Assembly (NCBI GenBank): GCA_963804315.1
Contig: CAWDQB010000056.1
Coordinates: 6,052-70,051, forward strand
Direction: 5' to 3'
Length of the DNA stretch: 64,000 nucleotides
DNA from: an uncultured Acidobacteriaceae bacterium
GTDB taxonomy: Bacteria > Acidobacteriota > Terriglobia > Terriglobales > Acidobacteriaceae
Under the pieces are notes generated by a model. It was given only the letters and a program-made list of their open reading frames with translations, was not told the DNA's origin and ran no database searches. The position numbers and the translations under genes were made by a program. Below are positions 50,246 to 61,532 of the stretch, piece after piece. How positions within the stretch are numbered: the stretch's first letter is position 1; every line of letters begins with the position of its first letter.

Positions 50246-50893
50246 TCAAAACGCGGCTCCCGACCGCCCAAAGAGAAATGGGTTATTCCTGCGCTCCGCA
50301 CCGACCGTCGTCTCGGGGCCGTGTCCTGTCAAGACGCGGGTCTCGTCTGGCAGCGCCATGAGCCTCATCTGAATCGAGTCAATAATCTGTGCGAAGTTGC
50401 CGCCCGGAAGGTCGGTCCTTCCAATGCTACCCTGAAAAAGCGTGTCGCCAGCCACCAGTAGACTGATCGGTGCAAAGTACAGGCAGACCGAACCCGGCGA
50501 GTGGCCAGGCGTATGCATCACCTGGGCCGGGCATCGAGAGAAACCCACCACGAGGCCATCAGCTAGATTCTCATCGGGCGGAGCGGTCTCTGGCGTCTCC
50601 ATGCCCAGCCATCCAGCCTGCGTACCCATCATTGCCAACAACGGAAGATCGTTTTCATTCATCAGAATCGGCGCGCCGGTCAAACGCTTGAGGCGCACAG
50701 CACCACCCACATGGTCGATGTGGCCGTGTGTGACAAGAATCTGCTTAAGTTTAAGGCCATTCTCGGTGAGCACCCGCGCGATGCGTCCAACTTCGTCGCC
50801 CGGATCAATTACGATGGCTTCGCCAGCCGTTTCATCGCCAAGAATGCTGCAGTTGCAGGCCAGTGCTCCGACAGGAAAACTTACAATAACCAT
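50246..50893 (-). CDS. MBL-fold hydrolase (glyoxalase II/YcbL-like)
   Basis: IDPG, THGHIDH, HTPGHSPGS, GDTLFQGSIGRTDLPGG and GHG motifs. Confidence 0.9.
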   Translation of the reverse strand: MVIVSFPVGALACNCSILGDETAGEAIVIDPGDEVGRIARVLTENGLKLKQILVTHGHIDHVGGAVRLKRLTGAPILMNENDLPLLAMMGTQAGWLGMETPETAPPDENLADGLVVGFSRCPAQVMHTPGHSPGSVCLYFAPISLLVAGDTLFQGSIGRTDLPGGNFAQIIDSIQMRLMALPDETRVLTGHGPETTVGAERRNNPFLFGRSGAAF

Positions 50894-51050
50894 ACTACGT
50901 ATTCTAAATCCAATAAGCAGAAATTGCATCACTTGTTCATCTGCGCCGATAGATACCTATCTTCGAGTGATTTGCCTTTCCTATCAAACATTGCAATCAG
51001 TTTTATATTTTACGTTTCCATCCCATCTGCACGCGTAGCTGCAACTCGCT

Positions 51051-52202
51051 CTATGGAACAAGAGATTTTGATGCGTAATGAAGTTTTGCGCCTGATTCCA
51101 TACCGCGCCGAGCAGCAGTCTGTTCCAGGAGAGTAAGGTAGCTTGAAACAATATCACTCCAACAGTAATCCGCGCGAGCACGTTTCCGAGACGCCTCCCG
51201 CATCGGCTGTAATTCGTCTCCGCTCTCTTCTGCATATCTGATAGCATCGGTAAGTTCATTCGCATCCGCAAAGTAATATCCACAAGGTCCTAGCGTCTCT
51301 CGGTTGAAAGGATTATCATGCGCAAAAATAAGATTTCCGCAGCCCATCGCTTCCAGCAGTGATGGATTTGTTCCACCTACGCTATGACCATGCATATATG
51401 CGAATGAATGATACCGTAAGCAAATTATCTTCTTCTGATCGTAAACCGTACCTATCATTCTTATCCTCGGATCTTTTACCGCCAGCAGTTTCTTCACATA
51501 GCTCGCGTCGGTCAGATTATTCCCTACTATGACCAGTTCTCTGCTGCTATTCGATTGTAGAAATGCATGAAGAATCTCGAGTACATGGTTCTCAGGCTCC
51601 AGCCTGCAGACGACAAGATAATAACTCTTTGGACTCAGACGCCACTCCGCAAGCGGCTCACTCTCAGGTATCGAATCAACAATCTCGCAGCCGTAACGAA
51701 TAACTTTACAGTGATTGATACTCCCATGCCGTTTCTCCAAGCTAGCTGAAATCGCATCCGCATCGGCAATAATCAGATTGGCCACATAGAGGCAGCACCA
51801 CTCCATCAGTCGAAAATAACATCTAGCAAGATAACCCCACTTGGCGCGCGCCCATTCCAGTCCATCCGGATTGATCCAGACTTCTGTTCCCCATAGCCTT
51901 GGAATCAGGCAGAAAGGAGCGGATCCGTAACCCAGCATATAGACAACATCGTATCCTTTGCGCGCCGACCATAGACTCAGCAAGTCGAATATAATTGTTT
52001 GCAGAGCGCCGTAAGATGGCGCGCAAATATAACATAATTTCGCTCCAAGATATATTTCTGGAGCTGAATATTCATTCGCTTCGCAATACACAGTTACATC
52101 TATCCCATGCGCGGTAAGCCCCTCTGTCAGTTTCTCAGCGAAGGTCTCAAACCCTCCATAACGAGCGGGTATTCCGCGCGTGCCAAGGATCGCTATCTTC
52201 AT
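51051..52202 (-). CDS. DUF1972-containing glycosyltransferase (RgpA/WchF-like rhamnosyltransferase)
   Basis: GTRGIPARYGGFETF, NPDGLEW, RLEPEN and HGHSVGGTNPSLLEAM motifs. Confidence 0.9.
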   Translation of the reverse strand: MKIAILGTRGIPARYGGFETFAEKLTEGLTAHGIDVTVYCEANEYSAPEIYLGAKLCYICAPSYGALQTIIFDLLSLWSARKGYDVVYMLGYGSAPFCLIPRLWGTEVWINPDGLEWARAKWGYLARCYFRLMEWCCLYVANLIIADADAISASLEKRHGSINHCKVIRYGCEIVDSIPESEPLAEWRLSPKSYYLVVCRLEPENHVLEILHAFLQSNSSRELVIVGNNLTDASYVKKLLAVKDPRIRMIGTVYDQKKIICLRYHSFAYMHGHSVGGTNPSLLEAMGCGNLIFAHDNPFNRETLGPCGYYFADANELTDAIRYAEESGDELQPMREASRKRARADYCWSDIVSSYLTLLEQTAARRGMESGAKLHYASKSLVP

Positions 52203-52204
52203 CT

Positions 52205-53353
52205 CTACCTCTCTGTGCAGTCCACTCTAAGTGGCGTTTTCAATGCCGCATAGCAATGGTTAAATGCTTCCAGGGAGCGGCTCATCGTGAACAACTCCTC
52301 AAAGCGGCGGCGTGATTCACGTCCCATCTGCCTGCGCTTTTCCGGCTCGCGTAATAGCGAGCGCAGAGCATCCGCCAATGAGACAACATCGCGCGGTGAA
52401 ACCAGACGCCCGTTTACACCATCGACTACAACTTCACGGCACCCCGGAACATCGGTTGTCACGATGGCGCATCCCGCTGCACTGGCCTCTACCAATGCGC
52501 GTGGAAGACCCTCCCTGTAATAAGTCGGCAAGCAGAAAATGTCCGTTTTCTTCAATAATTCCGCTACATCTGTGCGCCGCCCCAGCCACTTGATCGCTCC
52601 GCCATTCTCTGCTGACCGTAGTTCTTCACGCGTCAGGGAGGTTGGATTATCCGTGTCAATGTCGCCTACAAGCCATAACTCGAATGATTGCCCTTCGCCG
52701 CGCAGGATGCGTGCTGCCTCGATCAATTGTGGTATCCCCTTATTGCGGATCATTCGGCAGACGCACAATACAACAGGAACTTCACTTCGATGCGCCGCAG
52801 GAACTATCACGTTCTTCGGTAATCCGGCACCAGGGACGACAACGCATTGATCACGTATTATCACACCTGCATTGATAAAAAACTCCTGATCATCGGGATT
52901 TTCAACTGCCATGATAGTTCCCGATCTTCTAAATACAGCCATTAATCCAAAAAGAACCAAAGGGCGCAGAAGAGAATATAATTTTCTTTGCTCAACAAAC
53001 ATGCTGCCCAAACCAGTAACAGCCCCCAATAGATAAACTTGTTTGCGGCCACGCAGCAGCATCCCGCCCAATAACACATTTTTCAGCGATACAAGATGAA
53101 CTAAATCGGCACGGCTGGATTCGATTGCCGCACGCAGGGTCAACAATGATTTGATCTCCGCGGTCGGACCTCCAATGCCAACTTTGAGTTTGAGTGGAAT
53201 GAAGCGCATCCCTGCATCAATCGCTCGCTGCGGGCTTGCACCGCACCGCGCGGCAACAATCATCTCCCAGCCCGCACTTTGAATCGAAACCGCGAGCGCC
53301 CAGAAATGGCTATATAGAAAGCCGATGTCATTAAGAACAATGAGATAGCGCAT
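52205..53353 (-). CDS. GT4 glycosyltransferase
   Basis: VTGLGS, RMIRNKG, YREGLPRALVEA and TTDVPGCRE motifs; start uncertain (53353 or 53461). Confidence 0.9.
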   Translation of the reverse strand: MRYLIVLNDIGFLYSHFWALAVSIQSAGWEMIVAARCGASPQRAIDAGMRFIPLKLKVGIGGPTAEIKSLLTLRAAIESSRADLVHLVSLKNVLLGGMLLRGRKQVYLLGAVTGLGSMFVEQRKLYSLLRPLVLFGLMAVFRRSGTIMAVENPDDQEFFINAGVIIRDQCVVVPGAGLPKNVIVPAAHRSEVPVVLCVCRMIRNKGIPQLIEAARILRGEGQSFELWLVGDIDTDNPTSLTREELRSAENGGAIKWLGRRTDVAELLKKTDIFCLPTYYREGLPRALVEASAAGCAIVTTDVPGCREVVVDGVNGRLVSPRDVVSLADALRSLLREPEKRRQMGRESRRRFEELFTMSRSLEAFNHCYAALKTPLRVDCTER

Positions 53354-53461
53354 TGGCCGATTAGCTTCATCTGCCGCTTCGCCGCTTGGATTGGTCACTT
53401 TCGCCAAGACTAAATTCCTCCAACTGGCTTCTGCATCTGTGGCGCTCACTTCGAATTGCAC

Positions 53462-54376
53462 TTAACTGTCGGCAGTTCTTTCCGCCAGAGGCCCCAGCCT
53501 TCCCATTATTCCGTCTGAAATCGCCTTGAGCAGCAGTCTCAAGGCGGAACCTCGATTGCATGCTAGCAACGCATACAATACAAAATGATAAGGAATTCTG
53601 GATAGCGCGTACGCCCTCCACTGCCATCCCATTGTCTTTAATCGAGCCAGGAATATTTCATTGCGCAACTTATAGTAGTACCGGGCATTCGAGTACAGGT
53701 AAAAATCCCTGCCCAGTATTTTTGCGGCTGCATCGCCAAGACTGTGCATCATGACGGTGTTGGGCACACAGTAACTTCGATAACCCGCTTGCTGTGAGCG
53801 AAAGATCCATTCGGTATCTACATATTCAATAAACAAGTCAGAACGCATCAGGCCTATCTCTTTAAGCGCGTCAATACGAATCAGAGAACCCGATGAAATC
53901 AAATTGTCGCTTCTGACAGGCTCAGAGGCATCGTCCTTTGCGAAGCGCTCACAAGCCAACAGCCATCGGTAATGCACAGCGCTAGGACGTCTGCCGGTTT
54001 TATTGTCGGCAATCTGTGGTGCGACAATAGCCACCTTTTCGCCTTTTTGCAGCAAACTACGTTCAGCATTAAGAAGTCTATGCACCAACTGAGCAGGAAG
54101 AGAGCTGTCCTGATCCAAGAAAAGAACATGACTATACCCATCCTTGATGCAAGCCTGAACTCCAATATTCTGCGCCTCGGCAATTCCCTTGTTTTCTTCC
54201 AGCGGAATATAGTGAACCAGCCTAAGCCATTCCAGGAGATAGGCTGGGAGATTTGCGTTGGAACCAGGTGTATTGTCGATTGCATAGATCGCGTCAACTT
54301 GGCCAGACACGCTAGACAGCAATCGCACTACCAAATTGTGTTCGGGATTAAATAGAACAACGATTGCAGCGACCAT
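53462..54376 (-). CDS. GT2 rhamnosyltransferase
   Basis: VVLFNP, NKGIAEAQNIG, FLDQDS, LISSGSLI and DLFIEYVDTEW motifs. Confidence 0.9.
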   Translation of the reverse strand: MVAAIVVLFNPEHNLVVRLLSSVSGQVDAIYAIDNTPGSNANLPAYLLEWLRLVHYIPLEENKGIAEAQNIGVQACIKDGYSHVLFLDQDSSLPAQLVHRLLNAERSLLQKGEKVAIVAPQIADNKTGRRPSAVHYRWLLACERFAKDDASEPVRSDNLISSGSLIRIDALKEIGLMRSDLFIEYVDTEWIFRSQQAGYRSYCVPNTVMMHSLGDAAAKILGRDFYLYSNARYYYKLRNEIFLARLKTMGWQWRAYALSRIPYHFVLYALLACNRGSALRLLLKAISDGIMGRLGPLAERTADS

Positions 54377-55661
54377 TGATCGCACCTCGTTTCCGCAAGG
54401 ATGAAAGATTAAATGATTTTAGATGCGGAATTCGAATCCCGCAGTTCAAGCGATTCAATAATCCGAAGTAGGCAACAGCGATCATCAGTGATTTCAAGAT
54501 AAGCACGAACCCGCCAGCAAAGTACAAGTCGTCAAAGATCGACATAACTACCGGGTATGCGAGGATGCCCGTTAGAAAGAGTGCGATTTTATGGCCCGCG
54601 CAAGCGCGGTTATAGAATATTGATTGAATAAAACCTATCATAAATACCACGATAAACGCCAGGAGGATTCCATAATCGGTAAAGTAGTGCTTGTAAATGG
54701 TATAAACATTTGTCGGAAGTGGAACATACACATAGGAATCATCCATATTAGGCATATTGACCGAAACTCCAGACTTTCTCAAGAGTGACAGAATAAATTC
54801 AAACGAATGATGTGGGGCATGAAGGTACTCGGATGAGTGCATTAGAACATAATCAAGCGCCGAAATCGGAACAACAATATAAGCGAGAAAGAAATTTGTC
54901 AGGATCGCCGAAGTGTTTCCCTGGAAGCCAGACACATCCTTGTCGTAAAAAATCAGAACCGCAAACAGAACCATGAAAATAAAAAATGGAATTGCAATGA
55001 ATTTCATTGCGCTGCCAAGTCGATCCTTCCCTTTGAGCAGAAGATGGAGCGTTGCGAGAGACACAAACAACTGAAGCAGATAACTTCTTCCTCCCGTAAG
55101 AATACAGCATGCTGCGGAAATGATCGCAGCAATCCAGAACAGCGAGCCTCCATCTTCTATCAGGCAAAGCATGGCTACGGCAATCGAAAATGCGGGCAGC
55201 GTTCCAAAGACAAGTCCCCAGGATTTCCCCTGCTCACCTAGTTCAACATACGATATTCGCGAGCGTGCCAGTATTTCACTCGCGCCTCCTCCCCTGCCTT
55301 GCTGTAGAACGTCATGGAACATAATGGGCAGGCCAATCAGACAAATTGAAGATAGGATCAATAGACCAACTCTGGATTGGGTTGCATGGGACAGTTCCTG
55401 AACCTTTGCGCTGTAAATTGTCTTTGGCAGCAGCCGGGCAAGTATTCCCCCCATGCTGAATACCAGCGCTCCAATCGAGATAACGATCCATGTTATTGGA
55501 TGAACTTCATTTACCTTGATCGGTGAGAATTCGAATACGATCGCATCCAGAAACCAGATCACTGAGTAGACGAGAGGTGGATAAAGAACCCTTCGCTTCC
55601 CGATAAAATAGTTCAGGAGTGCAAGGAAGGCAAGAAAGACAGCGGTCATGGCGCAGGTCAT
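54348..55661 (-). CDS. wzy: O-antigen/EPS polymerase
   Basis: About 11 TM helices; PLPTNVYTIY...DYG loop motif; located between wzx and the glycosyltransferases. Confidence 0.8.
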   Translation of the reverse strand: MTCAMTAVFLAFLALLNYFIGKRRVLYPPLVYSVIWFLDAIVFEFSPIKVNEVHPITWIVISIGALVFSMGGILARLLPKTIYSAKVQELSHATQSRVGLLILSSICLIGLPIMFHDVLQQGRGGGASEILARSRISYVELGEQGKSWGLVFGTLPAFSIAVAMLCLIEDGGSLFWIAAIISAACCILTGGRSYLLQLFVSLATLHLLLKGKDRLGSAMKFIAIPFFIFMVLFAVLIFYDKDVSGFQGNTSAILTNFFLAYIVVPISALDYVLMHSSEYLHAPHHSFEFILSLLRKSGVSVNMPNMDDSYVYVPLPTNVYTIYKHYFTDYGILLAFIVVFMIGFIQSIFYNRACAGHKIALFLTGILAYPVVMSIFDDLYFAGGFVLILKSLMIAVAYFGLLNRLNCGIRIPHLKSFNLSSLRKRGAINGRCNRCSI

Positions 55662-55673
55662 AATGAGGAGGTC

Positions 55674-56957
55674 TCACTCCTTGGAAATTGGCGTTGACAG
55701 GTATCTGCCTTGCAAACTCTTCAATATCGCTGAGTTTACTATGGAAAGAGATCCGTCAGTTGCCAGACTTGCCCAAGCCGCCCCCAGCCAGCCATATTGA
55801 GGAATAAGCCAGAGATTCAGTCCCAAGTTGAGAATCGCCGCCGAAAATTGTCCCGCGGTTCGATATCGCTGAAAGCCCAAGCCTGTTATGGCGCTCCCAG
55901 TAAGTTGATGAATGCCTCTGAAGACGGGTATCAGACAGAGCCAGCGAAGCGCCAATACACTTTCTTTGAAACCATTGCCTACAATATGGGGAACCAGCGG
56001 CGCGGCGGCAAACACGCATACCGAGATGAGGACCCCGAGCAAGACCGCCCTCTTGGCCAACCGGACGGAAAGACTTGCCACACTGTGAAAGCCCTCGCGG
56101 CTCAAGCGAAAAAAACGAGGTAGCGACGCCGCATCCAAAGCTGTTACTGGAATGGCCGAGATATCCATTATCCGGTAGGCCATTGAATAAATTCCATTCG
56201 CAACATTCATGCCATAGTGGCTCAGCATCGCCTTATCAATATCGTTGTACGCCGACTGTGTTGATCCGGAAAAGGAAAAGCCGAAGCCTTCGCCCGCTTT
56301 TGAAAGAAAGATGTGCAATGAAAAATGCGGGCGGCCATAATATATCGAGACTGCAACAGAAGAAATAATTGCCGATATAAATGAAACAATTAAAGAAGAA
56401 AGCGCCCACTGCCATGCCATCACATGATGAAATGAGAGGGCCAGCGCCAGCACCGCCAGGAGCCGGAGAATACTGGTCAGCAACATGATTGATGCCGTCA
56501 TGCGCAACTGTTCATAGGCCTGAAAGATCTGACTAATGCATAGAACCAGTTGGCGGCAGACGCAGTCTCCCAGTGCAACCATAAAGACTAATGCCGCGCT
56601 ATCTGGATTGAGAAGATAGGGCGCGATCCATGCCAGAAAAACCGCAAGAAATGAACCAACGCCAAATGCGGCAAGCAGAATATTTCCCCAATAAACGGCG
56701 AAGTTATTGGAGTTCGTACTCACATACCTGACAAAGATCAGTCCAGAACCGAGAGCGCTGTACGGAGTTGCAATGGCCACAAAGGCAAAGGCGCCAGCAA
56801 AGATGCCATATTCACTAACTCCAAGCAGCCGGGCAAGAAGAATAAAGTAGACTGCTTGCAAAAGAATGTTGACCCCCTGGCCGATCATCATCCATCCAGC
56901 ATTGCGGGCCAGAGAACTCTTCTGCAGCATCCGAAGCTGATTGCGCAGAAACTCCAT
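55674..56957 (-). CDS. wzx: Polysaccharide flippase
   Basis: LLARLLGVSEYG, DKAML, GIYSMAYR and LIPQYGWLGAAWA motifs. Confidence 0.85.
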   Translation of the reverse strand: MEFLRNQLRMLQKSSLARNAGWMMIGQGVNILLQAVYFILLARLLGVSEYGIFAGAFAFVAIATPYSALGSGLIFVRYVSTNSNNFAVYWGNILLAAFGVGSFLAVFLAWIAPYLLNPDSAALVFMVALGDCVCRQLVLCISQIFQAYEQLRMTASIMLLTSILRLLAVLALALSFHHVMAWQWALSSLIVSFISAIISSVAVSIYYGRPHFSLHIFLSKAGEGFGFSFSGSTQSAYNDIDKAMLSHYGMNVANGIYSMAYRIMDISAIPVTALDAASLPRFFRLSREGFHSVASLSVRLAKRAVLLGVLISVCVFAAAPLVPHIVGNGFKESVLALRWLCLIPVFRGIHQLTGSAITGLGFQRYRTAGQFSAAILNLGLNLWLIPQYGWLGAAWASLATDGSLSIVNSAILKSLQGRYLSTPISKE

Positions 56958-56968
56958 CGCTCCGCCTG

Positions 56969-57898
56969 TCACTTTGCAGCTTGCGTCTGAAGTACATCTA
57001 ACTCGGCAATTCTAGCAATCACGCCGTCGAGCGCCTTCTCCCATGATGGCAACCGAAGTCCAAAGCAATTGCTTAACTTTTCATTCGACAGTACAGAGTT
57101 ACGTGGACGCTTTGCCGGGGTAGGATACTCCGATGAAGCAATAGGCCTGACTGCGGGAATCCTCCCGCCGAGCAAGGCATCCGCGCGAGCAAATATGCCT
57201 TGCGCAAATCCGCACCAGGAAACGCGGCCTCCACAGGTCATATGATAGAGTCCAGACCAATGATTCGCCGTGCCAAAGCGCCCCTCAACGATGCCGTCAA
57301 CAATGGCGCGAGTTGCGTCAGCCAACTCTATGGAGGTAGTTGGCGCTCCGAACTGATCGTCCACAATGTCTAGGCTCTCGCGCTCGCGCGCCAGGCGCAG
57401 CATGGTCAGAAGAAAGTTATTCCCGTGAGGCCCATAGACCCAACTGGTACGGAAGATCAGATATCTTCCTCCGACTCTTTGAATCGCTTCTTCTCCAGCC
57501 AACTTACTAGTACCGTAGAAATTCAGTGGTTCGGGACGATCCGTTTCGGTCCACGAAGTTATCTTTGAACCGTTGAAGACATAGTCCGTCGAGTAATGAA
57601 CCAGCAGAGCTCCCGTGCGCAATGCCTCCTCCGCCAAGATGCCGGGGGCCACGGCGTTGACGGCCATGGCCGTTTCCTGCTCGGATTCCGCGCGATCTAC
57701 CGCCGTATAAGCAGCAGCATTGAGTATCACGTCCGGCGCTGCGTTGCGGACCATCGCGCGGAGCTGATTTGCGGAAGCTATGTCCACTGTGTCGCGGTCA
57801 TGACAAATGATTTCACCCAAACCGGCAAAACTGCGCTGTAGCTCCACGCCGACCTGCCCCAGGTGCCCAACGATAAGTGCCCTCGGCTGATTGCTCAT
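56969..57898 (-). CDS. rfbD: dTDP-4-dehydrorhamnose reductase
   Basis: GQVG, NAAAYTAVDRAE, HYSTDYVF, YGTSKLAGE and PAKRP motifs. Confidence 0.95.
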   Translation of the reverse strand: MSNQPRALIVGHLGQVGVELQRSFAGLGEIICHDRDTVDIASANQLRAMVRNAAPDVILNAAAYTAVDRAESEQETAMAVNAVAPGILAEEALRTGALLVHYSTDYVFNGSKITSWTETDRPEPLNFYGTSKLAGEEAIQRVGGRYLIFRTSWVYGPHGNNFLLTMLRLARERESLDIVDDQFGAPTTSIELADATRAIVDGIVEGRFGTANHWSGLYHMTCGGRVSWCGFAQGIFARADALLGGRIPAVRPIASSEYPTPAKRPRNSVLSNEKLSNCFGLRLPSWEKALDGVIARIAELDVLQTQAAK

Positions 57899-58440
57899 GC
57901 AAAAACCTCTGCTTCCCTTAAAGGCGCGCCAGCGCGATCTTTTCCGGAAAGTATGGCGGAATCAGCGCGAATAGGCCATGGAATCGCTAGATCTGGATCA
58001 TTCCATACAATGGTCCGCTCACCCGCGGGAGAGTAATAATCGGTCACTTTGTAAGCAAAACCGGCGGCATCGCTCAATACAAGAAACGCATGGCCGAATC
58101 CAGGTGGAATCCACAGCATCTCACCATTCTCTCCGGTCAGTTCGACGGCGACATGCTTTGCAAAATTAGCAGATCCACGACGCAGGTCCACGGCAACATC
58201 CAGAACGGCTCCGTAAGCCACTCGCACCAGCTTTCCCTGAGGCTGAATCACTTGATAATGAATGCCGCGGAGCACATTCTTGCTGGAGATAGAAAAATTA
58301 TCCTGCACCCATTCCGACGGAAGACCCGCTTCCGCGTACAGTTGACGATTCCATGTTTCCATAAATGCGCCGCGGTCGTCGCGGTAGATCTTCGGAGTCA
58401 GCAGCAGAACTCCAGGCAGAGCGGTTTCCATGATATTCAT
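57895..58440 (-). CDS. rfbC: dTDP-4-dehydrorhamnose 3,5-epimerase
   Basis: DDRGAF, LRGIHYQ, QGKLVR, DVAVDLR and GFGHAF motifs. Confidence 0.95.
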   Translation of the reverse strand: MNIMETALPGVLLLTPKIYRDDRGAFMETWNRQLYAEAGLPSEWVQDNFSISSKNVLRGIHYQVIQPQGKLVRVAYGAVLDVAVDLRRGSANFAKHVAVELTGENGEMLWIPPGFGHAFLVLSDAAGFAYKVTDYYSPAGERTIVWNDPDLAIPWPIRADSAILSGKDRAGAPLREAEVFA

Positions 58441-59327
58441 AGCGCCTCATCGGTGAATCGAAGCTCGTTTTTGAGGGCAAGCAAATACTGCCCATATCCG
58501 CTCTTGCGCACTGGAAACGCCAGAGCATCGAGCTGTTCCGCGTTGATATATCCGAGCCGGTAGGCGATCTCTTCCGGGCAAGCAATCATAAGCCCCTGGC
58601 GGCGCTCGATGGTCTGAACAAATAGCCCCGCTTCCATTAATGAATCGTGTGTGCCGGTATCAAGCCAAGCCATGCCTCGGCTCATCACACGCACATTCAG
58701 GTTCCCTGCCTCCAGATAAAGCCTGTTCAGATCGGTGATCTCCAGTTCGCCGCGCGCCGATGGCTTGAGTGCGGCTGCATAATCCACAACTTGGTTGTCA
58801 TAGAAATATAGACCGGTAACCGCGTATCGCGACTTGGGAGTTACTGGCTTTTCTTCCAAGCTGACTGCGCGGCCCGCGGAATCAAATTCCACCACACCGT
58901 AACGCTCCGGATCTTGCACCGGATAAGCGAAGACAACCGCCCCATGCTTTACTTCAGCCGCGCGATGCAGATGCGTGGAAAAGGACTGTCCGTAAAAGAT
59001 ATTGTCGCCCAGAATCAGCGCGCTGGTATCTCCTCCGATAAACTCTCTCCCTATTAGAAACGCCTGCGCCAGTCCGTCGGGATTCGGCTGCACGGCATAA
59101 CTCAAAGATATGCCCCACTGGCTACCGTCGTCCAGCAACTCCGCAAATCGCGCCGTGTCCTGCGGAGTGGAGATAATCAGAATATCCCTCAGTCCAGCCA
59201 GCATCAGCGTAGCCAGTGAGTAATAGATCATCGGCTTGTCATAGACCGGCAGCAGTTGTTTAGAGACGACATGCGTCACCGGGTAGAGCCTGGTTCCAGA
59301 TCCGCCGGCAAGTATGATCGCTTTCAT
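58437..59327 (-). CDS. rfbA: Glucose-1-phosphate thymidylyltransferase
   Basis: [33 protein letters not shown] and WLDTGT motifs. Confidence 0.96.
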   Translation of the reverse strand: MKAIILAGGSGTRLYPVTHVVSKQLLPVYDKPMIYYSLATLMLAGLRDILIISTPQDTARFAELLDDGSQWGISLSYAVQPNPDGLAQAFLIGREFIGGDTSALILGDNIFYGQSFSTHLHRAAEVKHGAVVFAYPVQDPERYGVVEFDSAGRAVSLEEKPVTPKSRYAVTGLYFYDNQVVDYAAALKPSARGELEITDLNRLYLEAGNLNVRVMSRGMAWLDTGTHDSLMEAGLFVQTIERRQGLMIACPEEIAYRLGYINAEQLDALAFPVRKSGYGQYLLALKNELRFTDEAL

Positions 59328-60412
59328 TGAGTGACTCTTTCCTCGTAATTTTTCCGAATCCATTCCTTGTAGGCGCCGGTGCGAATATTCTCCACCCAGG
59401 AGGGATGCTCAAGATACCAGGCCACTGTCTTGCGCAACCCGCCTTCAAACTCGCAGGACGGACTCCAACCGAGTTCGCTGCGGATCTTGGCCGCATCGAT
59501 TGCGTAACGGCGATCATGGCCGGGGCGGTCGGCAACAAAGTTAATCAGCCGGCGCCGCGGCCCTATCGCTGCATCAGGGCGCAGTTCGTCCACCAGGTCG
59601 CAAATCGAAGTGACTACATCGATATTCTTTCGCTCGCTGCTGCCGCCGATGTTATAGGTCTCCCCAGCGCGCCCCCGGGCGAGCACGGCGCGGATGGCCG
59701 CGCAATGATCTTCCACAAAAAGCCAATCACGCACATTGCGCCCATCGCCATAGACAGGCAGAGGCTTACCTTCCAGCGCATTCAAAATCACCAGCGGAAT
59801 CAGCTTCTCGGGAAACTGAAAGGGACCGTAGTTATTCGAGCAGTTCGTGGTCAGTACCGGCAGCCCGTAGGTATGAAAGTAGGCTCGCGCGAGATGATCG
59901 GAGGCCGCCTTTGAGGCCGCGTACGGGCTATTCGGCGCATATGCTGTGGTCTCGGAGAAGGCCGGATCCTCCTGCCCTAATGATCCATACACTTCGTCGG
60001 TGGATACGTGCAGGAAACGGAACTCCCGACGCGCCGCACCCTCGAGCTCCGACCAGAAGATCCGAGCCTGCTCCAGGAGCGTAAAGCTTCCCTGAACATT
60101 GGTGCGTATGAACGCTCCGGGATCAACGATTGATCGATCCACATGGCTTTCGGCAGCAAAATGGACAATGAACCGAGGCCTGTGCTCACGCAGCATGGAT
60201 GCCACCAGCTCCGCATCGCAGATATCTCCACAGACCAGTCTATGACTTGAATCGCCATCCAGGTCAGCGAGATTTTCCGCATTTCCAGCGTAAGTGAGCC
60301 GGTCCAGATTCACAATGGATGCATCGGAATTACGCACCCAATGCAAGATGAAGTTAGAACCGATAAAGCCCGCTCCACCTGTTACGAGAATGGTGTTCTT
60401 GACGGTGGCCAT
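59324..60412 (-). CDS. rfbB: dTDP-glucose 4,6-dehydratase
   Basis: [31 protein letters not shown] and [10 protein letters not shown] motifs. Confidence 0.96.
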   Translation of the reverse strand: MATVKNTILVTGGAGFIGSNFILHWVRNSDASIVNLDRLTYAGNAENLADLDGDSSHRLVCGDICDAELVASMLREHRPRFIVHFAAESHVDRSIVDPGAFIRTNVQGSFTLLEQARIFWSELEGAARREFRFLHVSTDEVYGSLGQEDPAFSETTAYAPNSPYAASKAASDHLARAYFHTYGLPVLTTNCSNNYGPFQFPEKLIPLVILNALEGKPLPVYGDGRNVRDWLFVEDHCAAIRAVLARGRAGETYNIGGSSERKNIDVVTSICDLVDELRPDAAIGPRRRLINFVADRPGHDRRYAIDAAKIRSELGWSPSCEFEGGLRKTVAWYLEHPSWVENIRTGAYKEWIRKNYEERVTQ

Positions 60413-60739
60413 TATTGCAGAGATCCTTCACTGAATAAGATTGAAGTAAACACATCCTGCTACTTTGCCGCGACTCTACAAACGAAAACCATGGTAAGAG
60501 TGCCTGACGCAGCTACAGGCAGTGTTTTTACGCCGGTGAAAGACGAGCACTTCGTAAGACTAGCATGGCTATTGTCTCAATTCAAGACAGTATGCTCCCT
60601 CCTAGCCCTGCAATTCGTTGATGTCAGGTCGGCACTGGTTTGAATCAGCACGGAGTCCCACAACGGGATTTTCTAAATTTGCACAGATGTAATGATTAAA
60701 TACTTGCAATTTTAGCCGCAGGCATTAGAATTTCTGCTG

Positions 60740-61510
60740 ATGACACTTCTGCCTACCACACCCGCCACCGACTCCGCCGCTTCCACGATTTCTTCTGCCG
60801 GTTCAGGCTCTCCGACGACGCTTTCGATTGACATTGGCGGATCTGGGCTGAAGGCCATGCTGCTCGATGCCGCCGGAAAGCCGATCAGCGAGCGTCAGAG
60901 GGTACTGACACCCACTGTGCCCACCCCCGAGGCGGTGCTGGCCGGGCTGGACGAATTGCGCAAGCTGTTCACGGATTTTGACCGCGTATCTGTTGGTTTT
61001 CCTGGAGTGGTCAAACACGGCGCCACATTTGGAGCCTTTAATCTGCATCCGTTATGGGCGGCTGGCTTCCCGTTGCAGGCGGAGATGGAGAAGCGCTGGA
61101 AGAAGCCGGTCCGGGTGGGTAATGACGCCGACGTGGCCGGATATGGGGCTATCAAGGGCGAGGGCGTGGAACTGGTGCTGACACTGGGCACAGGACTGGG
61201 CGCTGCACTCTTTACCAATGGCCACTTGGTTCCCGGCCTCGAACTGGGCCACCATCCCTGGCGCAAAAAGGGTATGACCTACGAAGACTACCTGGGCCGT
61301 CGCGGGCTGGACAAGTTTGGCAAGGCGCGCTGGAATGACTTCCTTCAGGCGGCCATCGCGCAGACCGAGGCGCTTTTCAACTGGGACCACCTTTATATCG
61401 GTGGCGGGAATACCAAGAAAATCCTCTTCACCCCCGCCAACAATGTGTCCATCGTCTCCAACGAGAGCGGCCTCTTGGGCGGCGTGGTGCTGTGGCGCGA
61501 TCAGGCGTAG
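60740..61510 (+). CDS. ROK-family kinase, polyphosphate glucokinase-like
   Basis: IDIGGSGLK, GFPG, NDAD, TLGTGLG, ELGH and YIGGG motifs; lacks the Cys-rich Zn motif. Confidence 0.8.
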   Translation: MTLLPTTPATDSAASTISSAGSGSPTTLSIDIGGSGLKAMLLDAAGKPISERQRVLTPTVPTPEAVLAGLDELRKLFTDFDRVSVGFPGVVKHGATFGAFNLHPLWAAGFPLQAEMEKRWKKPVRVGNDADVAGYGAIKGEGVELVLTLGTGLGAALFTNGHLVPGLELGHHPWRKKGMTYEDYLGRRGLDKFGKARWNDFLQAAIAQTEALFNWDHLYIGGGNTKKILFTPANNVSIVSNESGLLGGVVLWRDQA

Positions 61511-61532
61511 AAACTCCGGTTCTGCTTCAATC

